Source: a virus (lineage: Duplodnaviria > Caudoviricetes). From it: a stretch of DNA of 64,000 nucleotides. Positions 8,740 to 16,857 of this stretch are shown piece after piece. Under the pieces are notes generated by a model. It did not search any database and was not told the DNA's origin. It saw only the letters and a program-made list of their open reading frames with translations. The first letter of the stretch is position 1. Every line of letters starts with the position of its first letter. A program made the position numbers and the translations under genes. Location: the IMG/VR virus record IMGVR_UViG_3300031851_000001, one strand, 5' to 3'.

Positions 8740-9470
8740 TATTCATTTCCCTTTGTATATTTACAATAATGGTTCATACCATGATCGTATGCTCCATCAA
8801 AAGGCATTCCTTTTTTCAGTGCCCTCCAACGACCTCTCCATTGGTCTTTAACTCGTTGCCATTTGGAAGCTTTTCTAATTTTTCCGTAGTAATTGATATA
8901 ACGCGGAGCGGTAGTATGTCTATACCCGAGGAATGCGAACGGTACTTTTGGTACGATATCATTATTGTTGACATGCCGATAGTGAGGAATATGATTAAAG
9001 CTTTTAACAAATTTTCGTGTTCCTGCTCTTGGAGATCCATATGTATATAACGCATCACATACGTCAGGCAGTCGGCTCGCTGCAATAGTAGCCATTGCTC
9101 CACCAAGTGAATGCCCAGTTATATAAAACATCTTTCCTTCTAATTTCATTTTTGCCATGGCTGTTCTAATTTCATCCCAGATTTTTTCAATTTCTGTTTG
9201 GAAACCATTATGAACATATCCATAGCCATTTGCTGCTTTATCTGGTAAAGCATTTAAGTCTGCTTTAATATCAGAAAACTCAGAAGGCTCAGTACCTCGG
9301 AAACATAATACTATTTCGCTTTTATTTGAAACGATATGAACTTGAGCTCCATCGTTTTCAATAAATTTGTGCGAAGTGTAACCAACTTTTTTATATGCAG
9401 CCTTGGCTTCTTTTCCATCCATATATGCTATTTGTGCGCATTGCGCCATTAATGAACATTTATTTTCCAT
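8739..9470 (-). CDS. Class 3 lipase (alpha/beta hydrolase)
   Basis: FRGT, VHNGF, GHSLGGA nucleophile elbow, DIVP, C-terminal DH. Confidence 0.88.
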   Translation of the reverse strand: MENKCSLMAQCAQIAYMDGKEAKAAYKKVGYTSHKFIENDGAQVHIVSNKSEIVLCFRGTEPSEFSDIKADLNALPDKAANGYGYVHNGFQTEIEKIWDEIRTAMAKMKLEGKMFYITGHSLGGAMATIAASRLPDVCDALYTYGSPRAGTRKFVKSFNHIPHYRHVNNNDIVPKVPFAFLGYRHTTAPRYINYYGKIRKASKWQRVKDQWRGRWRALKKGMPFDGAYDHGMNHYCKYTKGNE

Positions 9471-9663
9471 TTTGTCTATCCTTTAGAATGTCTTGCATTG
9501 TTTTAGTTGCAGTGTTTATAAACAGACGAGGTGCAATTGCATGTATTAATAATATAGGAACTAATCCTTGTAATTTAATAGCAGCTTTTACCGCGCCTTT
9601 TGCATGTTCTAAACCAGTTTCACCAACATCTTCTAGATGAGCTTTACATTTTTTACTAAACAT
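9460..9663 (-). CDS. Hypothetical protein
   Basis: 67 aa, HLEDVGETGLEH and IHAIAP motifs; coupled junctions. Confidence 0.6.
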   Translation of the reverse strand: MFSKKCKAHLEDVGETGLEHAKGAVKAAIKLQGLVPILLIHAIAPRLFINTATKTMQDILKDRQNGK

Positions 9664-9824
9664 TAATCTACCTTATCGTTATTGTAATGAGTTGGGTTTA
9701 AGCGCTCATCCATAATAGGTCCAACGTTTTCCCAGTAATTTTTACTCTTCATTACAGTTTCTTGGTATACATGGCAGACAATAGCTCCCATTACAACTCC
9801 TAGTACTAATAAAAACCATTTCAT
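9663..9824 (-). CDS. Small membrane-anchored protein (53 aa)
   Basis: Manual translation MKWFLLVLGVVMGAIVCHVYQE...; coupled junctions. Confidence 0.55.
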   Translation of the reverse strand: MKWFLLVLGVVMGAIVCHVYQETVMKSKNYWENVGPIMDERLNPTHYNNDKVD

Positions 9825-9973
9825 TTTAAGTATCCATCCCATGATCGTGCGTCTGTTTCTGTTTCTTTACATTTACATTTAGTACAAACATCGTTGTGGC
9901 ATTCATCACAATCTGGTCTATAACAATGACATTTATGTCCGCACGTTTGACATGTTCTTGATGGTCCTTGCAT
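9821..9973 (-). CDS. Cys/His-rich metallothionein-like microprotein (50 aa)
   Basis: MQGPSRTCQTCGHKCHCYRPDCDECHNDVCTKCKCKE...; 9 Cys and 3 His; SD AGGAG; not in ORF track. Confidence 0.7.
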   Translation of the reverse strand: MQGPSRTCQTCGHKCHCYRPDCDECHNDVCTKCKCKETETDARSWDGYLK

Positions 9974-9982
9974 ATGTTTCTC

Positions 9983-10678
9983 CTAGTTTGCTAACGGGTT
10001 GTCTAATGCTCTCTGTAATTTATTCATTAATGTTGTTTCGAGTTCAGTCATTTCTCTTTTGATTGATGATCTTAAAGCTTCGTTATCGCGTTCAACCTTA
10101 CCTTCCAAATCAGTCATACGACTGTCGTTGGAATCTCTAAGGTTGTTTGCTTTATTGTCGTATTGGTTTTGTAATGCATCACGTTTATTATCAAAACGTT
10201 CTTCAGCATTTTGAATTATTTGTCTTACGTCTGCTTCTAAATCTCGTACTAATTTTTCAACTCTTCTAACTTGCGCGTCCAAATTATTCATTTGGTCTCG
10301 AGTATCAACTTTGCCTTCTCTATTTCGTTTTTCAGCATCATCAATTTGTTTTTGAATTGCAGTTAACTGAATAGTAATTTCTTTATTAACATTTGCTAGT
10401 GATGCTTCTATTTCTTGATTTCTTGTTTCAATAACATCAACATCAATATTTCGCACAATCTCTTTCATGCCCATGTAATCATCATACACTTGGAAAGCGC
10501 CGTATAGTCCACCTAAAATAGAACTGATTAAAGCGAACAACATACCGATCGTTGTGGGAGTCATAGTAATACCTAAGAATTTCATCTTGGTATTTTTTAA
10601 ATTCTCTACCTCAGCTTCAAAATTCTCAATGCCTTCGCCTAAGTCTTTGTCGGCCATGTTGCTCTCCTTAGTTTTCAA
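9983..10678 (-). CDS. Single-TM coiled-coil protein of the exported-protein operon
   Basis: TM segment (IGMLFALISSILGGLYGAF) followed by long heptad-rich region. Confidence 0.7.
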   Translation of the reverse strand: MKTKESNMADKDLGEGIENFEAEVENLKNTKMKFLGITMTPTTIGMLFALISSILGGLYGAFQVYDDYMGMKEIVRNIDVDVIETRNQEIEASLANVNKEITIQLTAIQKQIDDAEKRNREGKVDTRDQMNNLDAQVRRVEKLVRDLEADVRQIIQNAEERFDNKRDALQNQYDNKANNLRDSNDSRMTDLEGKVERDNEALRSSIKREMTELETTLMNKLQRALDNPLAN

Positions 10679-11081
10679 ATCCAGAATTGCCGGACTCGTT
10701 TAATTTTCTTAGTTGTTCTAATTCTTGTTGTAGTTTTAAAACTTCTAATCTCTTTTTACGCAATTCTAATTGATATAATGAATTGCAATTAATTCTTTCT
10801 TTTGGTTTATCAAGTGGTATAGTAATTCGTGCATATACACCAACATCTTTTGTATCAGTTCCGCTGCCACTAAAGGGGCTTGAATAATTATCAATAACTC
10901 CAGTAACGCCAAACTCAAAATTCGTTGCACCACCAATAGAGTTTTTACAATCTAAATCTCCAGTACTAATACTATCTTGACCATACGTGGCACCCATCCC
11001 TGGGAGCGATAATCCTATAGAACTACTATCAGCATTCGCCATGCATGGCATCAACAATATACATGTTATAATACGTTTCAT
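10668..11081 (-). CDS. Exported protein with Cys-flanked beta-hairpin and C-terminal coiled coil
   Basis: Signal peptide; DLDC...NFEFGVTGVI...VGVYARITIPL...INC. Confidence 0.7.
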   Translation of the reverse strand: MKRIITCILLMPCMANADSSSIGLSLPGMGATYGQDSISTGDLDCKNSIGGATNFEFGVTGVIDNYSSPFSGSGTDTKDVGVYARITIPLDKPKERINCNSLYQLELRKKRLEVLKLQQELEQLRKLNESGNSGFEN

Positions 11082-11491
11082 TATTCACCAACCTTTTTCA
11101 CTCTAGAACAAATTCTTGAACTTACCGCAGTACGTATCGTATTGTCTTTTTTAAGTTTAGACTGAGAACAAATATATGTTACTATTTTTGCGTCTTGGTC
11201 TCTTATAAAAATATCAAACGAAACAGTACTTAAATAAGGTATCTTCCAAACTTTATATTGCGAAACAAATGGAATAGGTTTCCAATCTTCAGTGAATACA
11301 CCTATTTCATAATATTCAACGTCTGCTCTTTTATTAAACATAGTCATGGTAGTCTTCTGCAGCCCGTCTATATAGGAACCACTAATCTTAGGATAAGTTG
11401 GAACCATTTCGTGAGACGAGGCTGCAGCGGATATTGTAATCAAAACTATACTTATAACGAATATCAATCTTTTTTTCATAATCTTTTCCAC
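11081..11491 (-). CDS. Exported single Ig-domain protein, fimbrial-chaperone-like
   Basis: Signal peptide; TMTMFNKRADVEYYEIGVF...PIPF pattern reminiscent of the PapD N-domain. Confidence 0.5.
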   Translation of the reverse strand: MEKIMKKRLIFVISIVLITISAAASSHEMVPTYPKISGSYIDGLQKTTMTMFNKRADVEYYEIGVFTEDWKPIPFVSQYKVWKIPYLSTVSFDIFIRDQDAKIVTYICSQSKLKKDNTIRTAVSSRICSRVKKVGE

Positions 11492-11576
11492 CTTTATTTA
11501 AGAGCTCCAGTTATGGACACCCAGGCCATCTTCTACAACTTGCACCAGATGAACTTGAACTACTGCTCCCACCATT

Positions 11577-12092
11577 TCATTGAGCGATACACTCCGCTAC
11601 AACGATAGCCGTATAATTACCACCAGCGAAGGCTTTGTTACCACCCATAACTGCTGATGATGAAGTCTTAAACCAAGTTGATCCTGTCGCTGTTAGATCG
11701 TAGCGATCCATCATTCCAATTTCAACCTTGTTAGTTTCATAAGCACTCATACCTGTAGAGTCTGACACTGTTTGCACAACTGTATCACCAGTCCATGTTA
11801 CAACATCAGGTAAACTTGGTGCTGATGAAAAACTGCTTGGCGCAGTGATTTGGGCATAGTACGCATCAGCCAATGAAACATCAAAACGAATTACTGCTAA
11901 TTCACCACCGTCTGATGGTGTTGTAGTAAGAGTATACGCATTAGGGTTACCATATGTACCTGCAGTATCTGTTTGAATAACACAACGTGATTGTACTGTT
12001 CCGTTAATAGGCGTGTCGTTAGCTAAGACCATTGTTGAGGAAATTGTCATAGCTGCTATCGCACCTAATCCAAAAATCTTTTTACTTAACAT
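11577..12092 (-). CDS. Exported pilin/fimbrial-subunit-like protein
   Basis: Signal peptide; INGTVQSRC N-strand and GGNYTAIVVAEC C-strand; Ser/Thr-rich beta content. Confidence 0.55.
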   Translation of the reverse strand: MLSKKIFGLGAIAAMTISSTMVLANDTPINGTVQSRCVIQTDTAGTYGNPNAYTLTTTPSDGGELAVIRFDVSLADAYYAQITAPSSFSSAPSLPDVVTWTGDTVVQTVSDSTGMSAYETNKVEIGMMDRYDLTATGSTWFKTSSSAVMGGNKAFAGGNYTAIVVAECIAQ

Positions 12093-12106
12093 TTTTTGTC
12101 TCCTAA

Positions 12107-13024
12107 TTAATTGTTTAAATTATATTGCATACCAACCATTTGTTGGTGTAATAATTGCTGTGCGAGACCAACCCGTGCGCCGCTATTTGCATCAGGCATT
12201 TTACCATCGGGTATATTAATAACTTCGTTATATGTACCACCCGGTATAGTTACGTTAAGATAAGATCTATTCAATGCAGCTTGCGCAATGTCATTCATTA
12301 TACTAATTCGTTGATTTTCAGCAAAGTAAGTTGCGGTTTCTCCCGCAGCCATTGCATCTTCCAATCTCATTTTTGATCTCTTATCCTCTTTCATCTCAGC
12401 TTCTTTTCTACTATCAGCATCCTCTAAATCATCAGCGTCTTCTTGGACCTCTGCTTGATCGTTGAGTTCAACATCTCCATCTTTTGTCACGTCGTATATA
12501 TCGTCTAAATCATATTCTATTATTTCAGGAACTGGCTTTTTATATCCTGGGCAGTTTGGATCATATTGCGGATCATAACACGGTGTAACTTTATATGTAT
12601 AAACAACACTTGCGCCTTCAACCTTACCTTCTCCAACTACTTCAATACTTCCCATTCCCCATAGTTCTCTTGGTATATTACCTACAGGAACAGCTTTACT
12701 AATTTCCATACCGGATATAGAACCCGGCTTCCAATCATCTCTTTCTCTAAATATATATCCATTTCCATCTATTCTTTCATTCTGAACATAAACGGTTACC
12801 CATTCGCCAGTTTCTTTTTGTATCGTATAGCGGTATATTACGTTTTGTATATCAATCCCAGGAACCCCTTGTGGCAAAAGGTCAGGCATAGACCATTGTA
12901 AAGCTTGGTCTGCTACTGCATTTCCAGTATAACCATAATATGGCGCAATGCTCTTAGTCTCCTCAGAGGAAGAGTAAGAAGGCCAGAATGCCAGCGCCAA
13001 CAGCAGGAGCAACTTTTTCTGCAT
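12107..13024 (-). CDS. Exported protein with beta-rich N-domain and acidic linker
   Basis: Signal peptide; PCYDPQYDPNCPGY motif. Confidence 0.7.
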   Translation of the reverse strand: MQKKLLLLLALAFWPSYSSSEETKSIAPYYGYTGNAVADQALQWSMPDLLPQGVPGIDIQNVIYRYTIQKETGEWVTVYVQNERIDGNGYIFRERDDWKPGSISGMEISKAVPVGNIPRELWGMGSIEVVGEGKVEGASVVYTYKVTPCYDPQYDPNCPGYKKPVPEIIEYDLDDIYDVTKDGDVELNDQAEVQEDADDLEDADSRKEAEMKEDKRSKMRLEDAMAAGETATYFAENQRISIMNDIAQAALNRSYLNVTIPGGTYNEVINIPDGKMPDANSGARVGLAQQLLHQQMVGMQYNLNN

Positions 13025-13550
13025 CTATAGGTCCCATTAATTTAAGTTCTTTTTTAGTTTCTGCTACGTGAGTTTCCCAACCAAGTTTGGCAGCCTCACC
13101 AATTTGTCCATCGTACGGGCAGGGTGTTCCGGCTTGCATCATTGCGTCAAAAACACCAGTATCCTGACACATCACGGATACCGCTGCCACCTTCATTCCC
13201 ATATCATATAATGTTTTTGCATTCTTTAATCTCTGACAATTTTCTTCAGTGAATGTACCACCACCAGAAATACCTAGGATCTGCGTTTGAACCGCAGCTG
13301 ATACGCCGATAGTACATAAGTCCGTATTATTGCCTGCTGAAAATTGTGGGGAGATTGCTGTAGGAGGTGGTTGGTTAATTGTAGTTTCCATCGTACCAGT
13401 AGAATTGATATTACTGTCAGTACCTGATTTTGTACATACGTAACCTGTTGGACATTCAACATCTTCTGCTGAAGCTATCGTTCCCATAGTAATGAAAATC
13501 GCGATCAAACATATTGCGTATAACCATACCATTGCTTTTTTAACAAACAT
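12963..13550 (-). CDS. Exported/membrane-anchored Cys-containing protein
   Basis: Signal peptide; PPTAISP, DLC-hairpin-ENC, C-terminal TM segment. Confidence 0.7.
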   Translation of the reverse strand: MFVKKAMVWLYAICLIAIFITMGTIASAEDVECPTGYVCTKSGTDSNINSTGTMETTINQPPPTAISPQFSAGNNTDLCTIGVSAAVQTQILGISGGGTFTEENCQRLKNAKTLYDMGMKVAAVSVMCQDTGVFDAMMQAGTPCPYDGQIGEAAKLGWETHVAETKKELKLMGPIDAEKVAPAVGAGILAFLLFL

Positions 13551-13616
13551 AATCTTTCTCCAAATTAATACATGCGATTAAGGCACAACCGCGCAGCCAA
13601 ATTTTGCTATTCCTTT

Positions 13617-13628
13617 TATTTATAAATA
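13617..13628. promoter_or_regulatory. Bidirectional T4-type late promoter (palindrome TATTTATAAATA)
   Basis: TATAAATA on both strands between divergent genes. Confidence 0.7.
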
Positions 13629-13681
13629 TTAGCGTATTCAACAGAGAATTTAAATGAAATCGAATTGGGAGTGTAACAATT

Positions 13682-14164
13682 ATGTACGAGTATAGAGCAA
13701 ACATTAATAGAGTAGTCGACGGCGACACAGTAGACTGTGATATTGAATTGGGCTTCGGCGTGGTTTTAGCTGATGAAAGAGTGCGAATTATGGGTATTGA
13801 TACACCAGAATCGAGAACATCAGATAAAGTCGAAAAGGTTTTTGGTCTAGCAGCCAAAGAACAGTTAAAGAAATTATTAGGTAAACAATGTATTCTTAAA
13901 ACACAAATTGCGCGTAATGGTGAGGATATGAAAGGTAAATTTGGACGTATCCTTGGCGATTTTATTGCTGAAGATGGTAGAATGATTACCGATATCATGG
14001 CAGAAACTGGACACTGCGTTCCTTATATGGGTGGATCTAAAGAAGATACACAAGCAGGACACGAGGCGAATAGAAAACGTTTATTGAGCGAAGGTGTTGT
14101 ATCAAAAGAAGCATACGACAAAGCAGTAAAAATTATGGAAAAGAAGGCGAAAAAGAATGGATAA
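13682..14164 (+). CDS. Thermonuclease (SNase-like) family nuclease
   Basis: VVDGDTVD, RIMGIDTPESR, KFGRILG. Confidence 0.85.
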   Translation: MYEYRANINRVVDGDTVDCDIELGFGVVLADERVRIMGIDTPESRTSDKVEKVFGLAAKEQLKKLLGKQCILKTQIARNGEDMKGKFGRILGDFIAEDGRMITDIMAETGHCVPYMGGSKEDTQAGHEANRKRLLSEGVVSKEAYDKAVKIMEKKAKKNG

Positions 14165-14474
14165 CTTTACGTTAGCAGAATTACAAGAAATGGTTGACAA
14201 CTTAAGTACTGGTACTATTTTAGCGTCAGCAGTTTACGTACATATGAATGCATCAGGCGAAGGCGTATACGATGCAACAGATACTGACGGCGACAATGGA
14301 CACGTTTATATAACCGATCGCGGGGCTTCTGGATTTACAATTAATATAAATTCATTAATTACTGCGGAAGACGTTGTACATACATACCCTACATATGGTG
14401 AAAACGAAGAAGGTGAAATGATTGTAACTGGTGAATCTGGTAAAAACCAAGTTGCTGAAGACGAATATAATTAA
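14157..14474 (+). CDS. Hypothetical acidic protein
   Basis: Overlaps the nuclease stop region. Confidence 0.55.
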   Translation: MDNFTLAELQEMVDNLSTGTILASAVYVHMNASGEGVYDATDTDGDNGHVYITDRGASGFTININSLITAEDVVHTYPTYGENEEGEMIVTGESGKNQVAEDEYN

Positions 14475-14486
14475 AATAAACTTAAA

Positions 14487-14545
14487 TTAACTATTGACAT
14501 TCCTGTTCTAATATGGTAAATTAGAATCAACAAATAAAGGAATAT
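14487..14545 (+). promoter_or_regulatory. Repeated early promoter cassette, copy 3
   Basis: TTAACTATTGACA-17-TAAATT then AGAATCAACAAATAAAGGAA identical to copy 1. Confidence 0.8.
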
Positions 14546-14548
14546 GTT

Positions 14549-14920
14549 ATGAAAAAGTTTAAACTATATCAAATCCAAATGACAAACGAAATCGTTGATG
14601 CGGTTAATGCTGGTAAAACAGTACCTGCATATTCAGCAAAGATGAAAATGTCAATGGATTTAAGAGGAACTAACATCGGTAACTTAGCCGGTGATGCTTT
14701 TGCTGAAGAGTATTACACACATGTTTCAACTATTACTGCTGAAGACTTTAACCAAGTTTTTGAAATTGGTAACATTGGTCCAGAGTCAAACATCGAAAGA
14801 TTTTCACGTATGGCATCCGTATCAATAGGTGATATAATTGTTGACGACGAAGGTACAATGGTTGTTGTTGCTCCAACAGGTTTTGTAGCTTTTGCGTATT
14901 TTCCAAAATTAGCAGCCTAA
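14549..14920 (+). CDS. Hypothetical early protein (YodL-like SVSIGDII motif)
   Basis: RMASVSIGDIIV motif. Confidence 0.55.
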   Translation: MKKFKLYQIQMTNEIVDAVNAGKTVPAYSAKMKMSMDLRGTNIGNLAGDAFAEEYYTHVSTITAEDFNQVFEIGNIGPESNIERFSRMASVSIGDIIVDDEGTMVVVAPTGFVAFAYFPKLAA

Positions 14921-14921
14921 T

Positions 14922-14984
14922 TTAACTATTGACATTCTCTTTAGAATCAGTTATATTAGAATTAAATAAACAAAGGAAAATACT
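14922..14984 (+). promoter_or_regulatory. Repeated early promoter cassette, copy 4
   Basis: TTAACTATTGACA-17-TATATT with TAGAATCAGT. Confidence 0.8.
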
Positions 14985-15224
14985 ATGACAACTTACAATA
15001 TCGAGCTTGACATATCTCACGAACCAACTAACGAAGAGGTTCAGCAATTCGCAAAAGATCACGGGTGTTCGGCAACTCTATTACAAGCTAATGGTCCTGC
15101 TGGTGGTAATCCACTTTACCTATTTCAATCTGATAATTTTGACCATCTTGATGAATTGGCTTCTCAAGTCTTGGGAGTAAATACAGACATTGAATTTATC
15201 AAAACTTCAATATATCAAAATTAA
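14985..15224 (+). CDS. Hypothetical early protein
   Basis: GPAGGNP motif; lies between two promoter cassettes. Confidence 0.6.
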   Translation: MTTYNIELDISHEPTNEEVQQFAKDHGCSATLLQANGPAGGNPLYLFQSDNFDHLDELASQVLGVNTDIEFIKTSIYQN

Positions 15225-15287
15225 CTATTGACATTCTCCTTAGAATCAGTTATATTGATTATATAAACAAATGGAAAGAGAATCAAA
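15221..15287 (+). promoter_or_regulatory. Repeated early promoter cassette, copy 5
   Basis: TTAACTATTGACA-17-TATATT with TAGAATCAGT. Confidence 0.8.
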
Positions 15288-15446
15288 ATGCGTATCGTAA
15301 TTAAAGACATTATGAAAGTTTGTAAATGCTCAGACAAAGTTGCACTTAACATTGAAGAGCAAATGGAAATTGAAGGTTTTGATTTTTCTCAGGCAACTAA
15401 AAAAGAATTTCGCATTGCTGCTAAATTCGCTATGATGGAAATATAA
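15288..15446 (+). CDS. Small hypothetical early protein (52 aa)
   Basis: Manual translation MRIVIKDIMKVCKCSDKVALNIEEQMEIEGFDFSQATKKEFRIAAKFAMMEI. Confidence 0.6.
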   Translation: MRIVIKDIMKVCKCSDKVALNIEEQMEIEGFDFSQATKKEFRIAAKFAMMEI

Positions 15447-15464
15447 ATAAAGGAACTCTATATT

Positions 15465-15791
15465 ATGAAAACAGTAATTAAAGCAAGTGACGTTGGAAGC
15501 ACACTAACACATAAGCCAAACAATCGTGCAAAGGCAGTGTTTAAAACACTAGACCAAGGTCAGTATGCTATTGAAGCAAAAAATATTTTGATGGAAAATG
15601 TTAAAACTGGCGAAGTATGGGAACTTGGCTCTTCCACACCAGTATACTCGAAAGAGTTAATTGAATATCAAATGTTAATGCCAAAGGATCGTCTATTAGA
15701 AACATTTCCTGGGATTGTAGGAAAGTTTTTTGAAAGCCGAGGAACGTGGTCCGACAAAGACGAGTGGAACGTAAAGTACACTCGAGCATAA
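15465..15791 (+). CDS. Hypothetical protein
   Basis: SD AAAGGA; 108-aa ORF. Confidence 0.6.
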   Translation: MKTVIKASDVGSTLTHKPNNRAKAVFKTLDQGQYAIEAKNILMENVKTGEVWELGSSTPVYSKELIEYQMLMPKDRLLETFPGIVGKFFESRGTWSDKDEWNVKYTRA

Positions 15792-15794
15792 TTC

Positions 15795-16062
15795 AGAGGC
15801 GGGTATTAGAGAGTAAAGACTAATATCGGCCAATGAAAAGCCTAACAGCCAATGTACAAGGTTTTGTTAGGTGGGTATAATCGCCGGTACCGAAGGAAAC
15901 CCGGACGTTTGCTACTAACGAGATTGTAGATAAGGGGAGAGGCACTGCAGAAAGTCTCTCCCACGAAAACTATATTAACCTGCGTCTTGCAAATGAGGGA
16001 ACCGGACCTAAACTTTGCCAGACAATATCGTCAAAGAACCAAGGCGCAGATTAATATAGTTT
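15795..16062 (+). ncRNA. Candidate structured non-coding RNA(s) upstream of tRNA-Pro
   Basis: ORF-free, GC-richer, several hairpins including GGGAGAGGC/GTCTCTCCC (15935-15962) and a 22-bp closing stem 15967-16062. Confidence 0.5.
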
Positions 16063-16064
16063 AA

Positions 16065-16141
16065 CAGGGTGTAGCTCAGTATGGTAGAGTGTCGCACTTG
16101 GAATGCGAAGGTCGTTGGTTCAAGTCCAGCTACCCTGACCA
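16065..16141 (+). tRNA. tRNA-Pro(UGG)
   Basis: CAGGGTG/TACCCTG acceptor, TCGCA-CT TGG AA-TGCGA, GTTCAAGTC, encoded CCA. Confidence 0.95.
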
Positions 16142-16205
16142 ATTGGCAGGATCAGCCTAGGAGAGGTGTAACACACAGCCTAAAGATCACATAGAAGACC
16201 CGAGT

Positions 16206-16240
16206 AATAGGGAGGTTATTAATTTAGCCTCCCTATTTTT
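16206..16240. terminator. Probable bidirectional intrinsic terminator
   Basis: AATAGGGAGGTT...AGCCTCCCTATTTT stem between convergent units. Confidence 0.75.
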
Positions 16241-16243
16241 GTT

Positions 16244-16585
16244 TTATTTTTTGCCTACTGCATCAGCAGCAAAGAATGCTGAAACCAATACCGCAATTGA
16301 TGCAAAGTATGTTGGTGCAATATCAGCAACTAATCCAGCCGCTGTGTCTAAGTTTAACCAAGAAGTTAAAATGATTGCTAATGGATATACTAATAATCCA
16401 ATAAGTGAAAACCAAGCCATTTTACGGATAGCGTCACGCTGAGCGTCTTTATCCTCTAATGCTTTGCGTTTGAATTCTAAATGCATTGCCATTTCTTCAG
16501 CTGAGATATGACCGTCTCCGTTCACGTCAATAGCTGCCGCTGCTTCTGCATCGATAGTTGTCTTGTCTGCCATGTTATTCTCCAT
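16244..16585 (-). CDS. EF-hand-containing two-TM membrane protein
   Basis: DVNGDGHISAEE canonical EF loop plus two hydrophobic segments. Confidence 0.65.
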   Translation of the reverse strand: MENNMADKTTIDAEAAAAIDVNGDGHISAEEMAMHLEFKRKALEDKDAQRDAIRKMAWFSLIGLLVYPLAIILTSWLNLDTAAGLVADIAPTYFASIAVLVSAFFAADAVGKK

Positions 16586-16629
16586 TAAATTTATATGCGC
16601 ATTACAAAGACTTCAATACTTTTATTTAT

Positions 16630-16637
16630 TATAAATA
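16630..16637 (+). promoter_or_regulatory. T4-type late promoter
   Basis: TATAAATA. Confidence 0.65.
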
Positions 16638-16668
16638 ACTGTAATGCCTAGTCAATTTAGCAAAGGAG

Positions 16669-16857
16669 ATGAACATGGCCATTAAAGTATCGACGACAAC
16701 TGTCATAGATAACGCATTACAAATGCAAAACATCGCAACGATGGATACAGTTACCCAAACCACAATTATTGATTTCATTAAAGCTGTTGACCACAAACTT
16801 ATTATACGTGACTCAGCTGGTAATGAAACTTTTAGAATTTACGGCTTGCCAGCGTAA
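16669..16857 (+). CDS. Small late protein, probably virion-associated
   Basis: After late promoter; SD AAAGGAG. Confidence 0.55.
   Translation: MNMAIKVSTTTVIDNALQMQNIATMDTVTQTTIIDFIKAVDHKLIIRDSAGNETFRIYGLPA

Noticed and set aside
14471-14485. TTAA-N7-TTAA CtrA-box match
   Set aside because: Single occurrence and easily produced by chance in AT-rich DNA
4621-15287. Repeats read as a CRISPR array
   Set aside because: They are dispersed promoter/RBS blocks separated by whole ORFs, and no cas genes are present
15880-15930. CCGAAGGAA and CTAACGAG resemble parts of alphaproteobacterial SRP RNA
   Set aside because: The conserved CAGG/AGCA symmetric loop and the long rod are absent; kept only as a generic ncRNA candidate
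16142-16205. Possible HDV-like (theta) ribozyme after tRNA-Pro
   Set aside because: No P1 partner or nested pseudoknot could be built by eye
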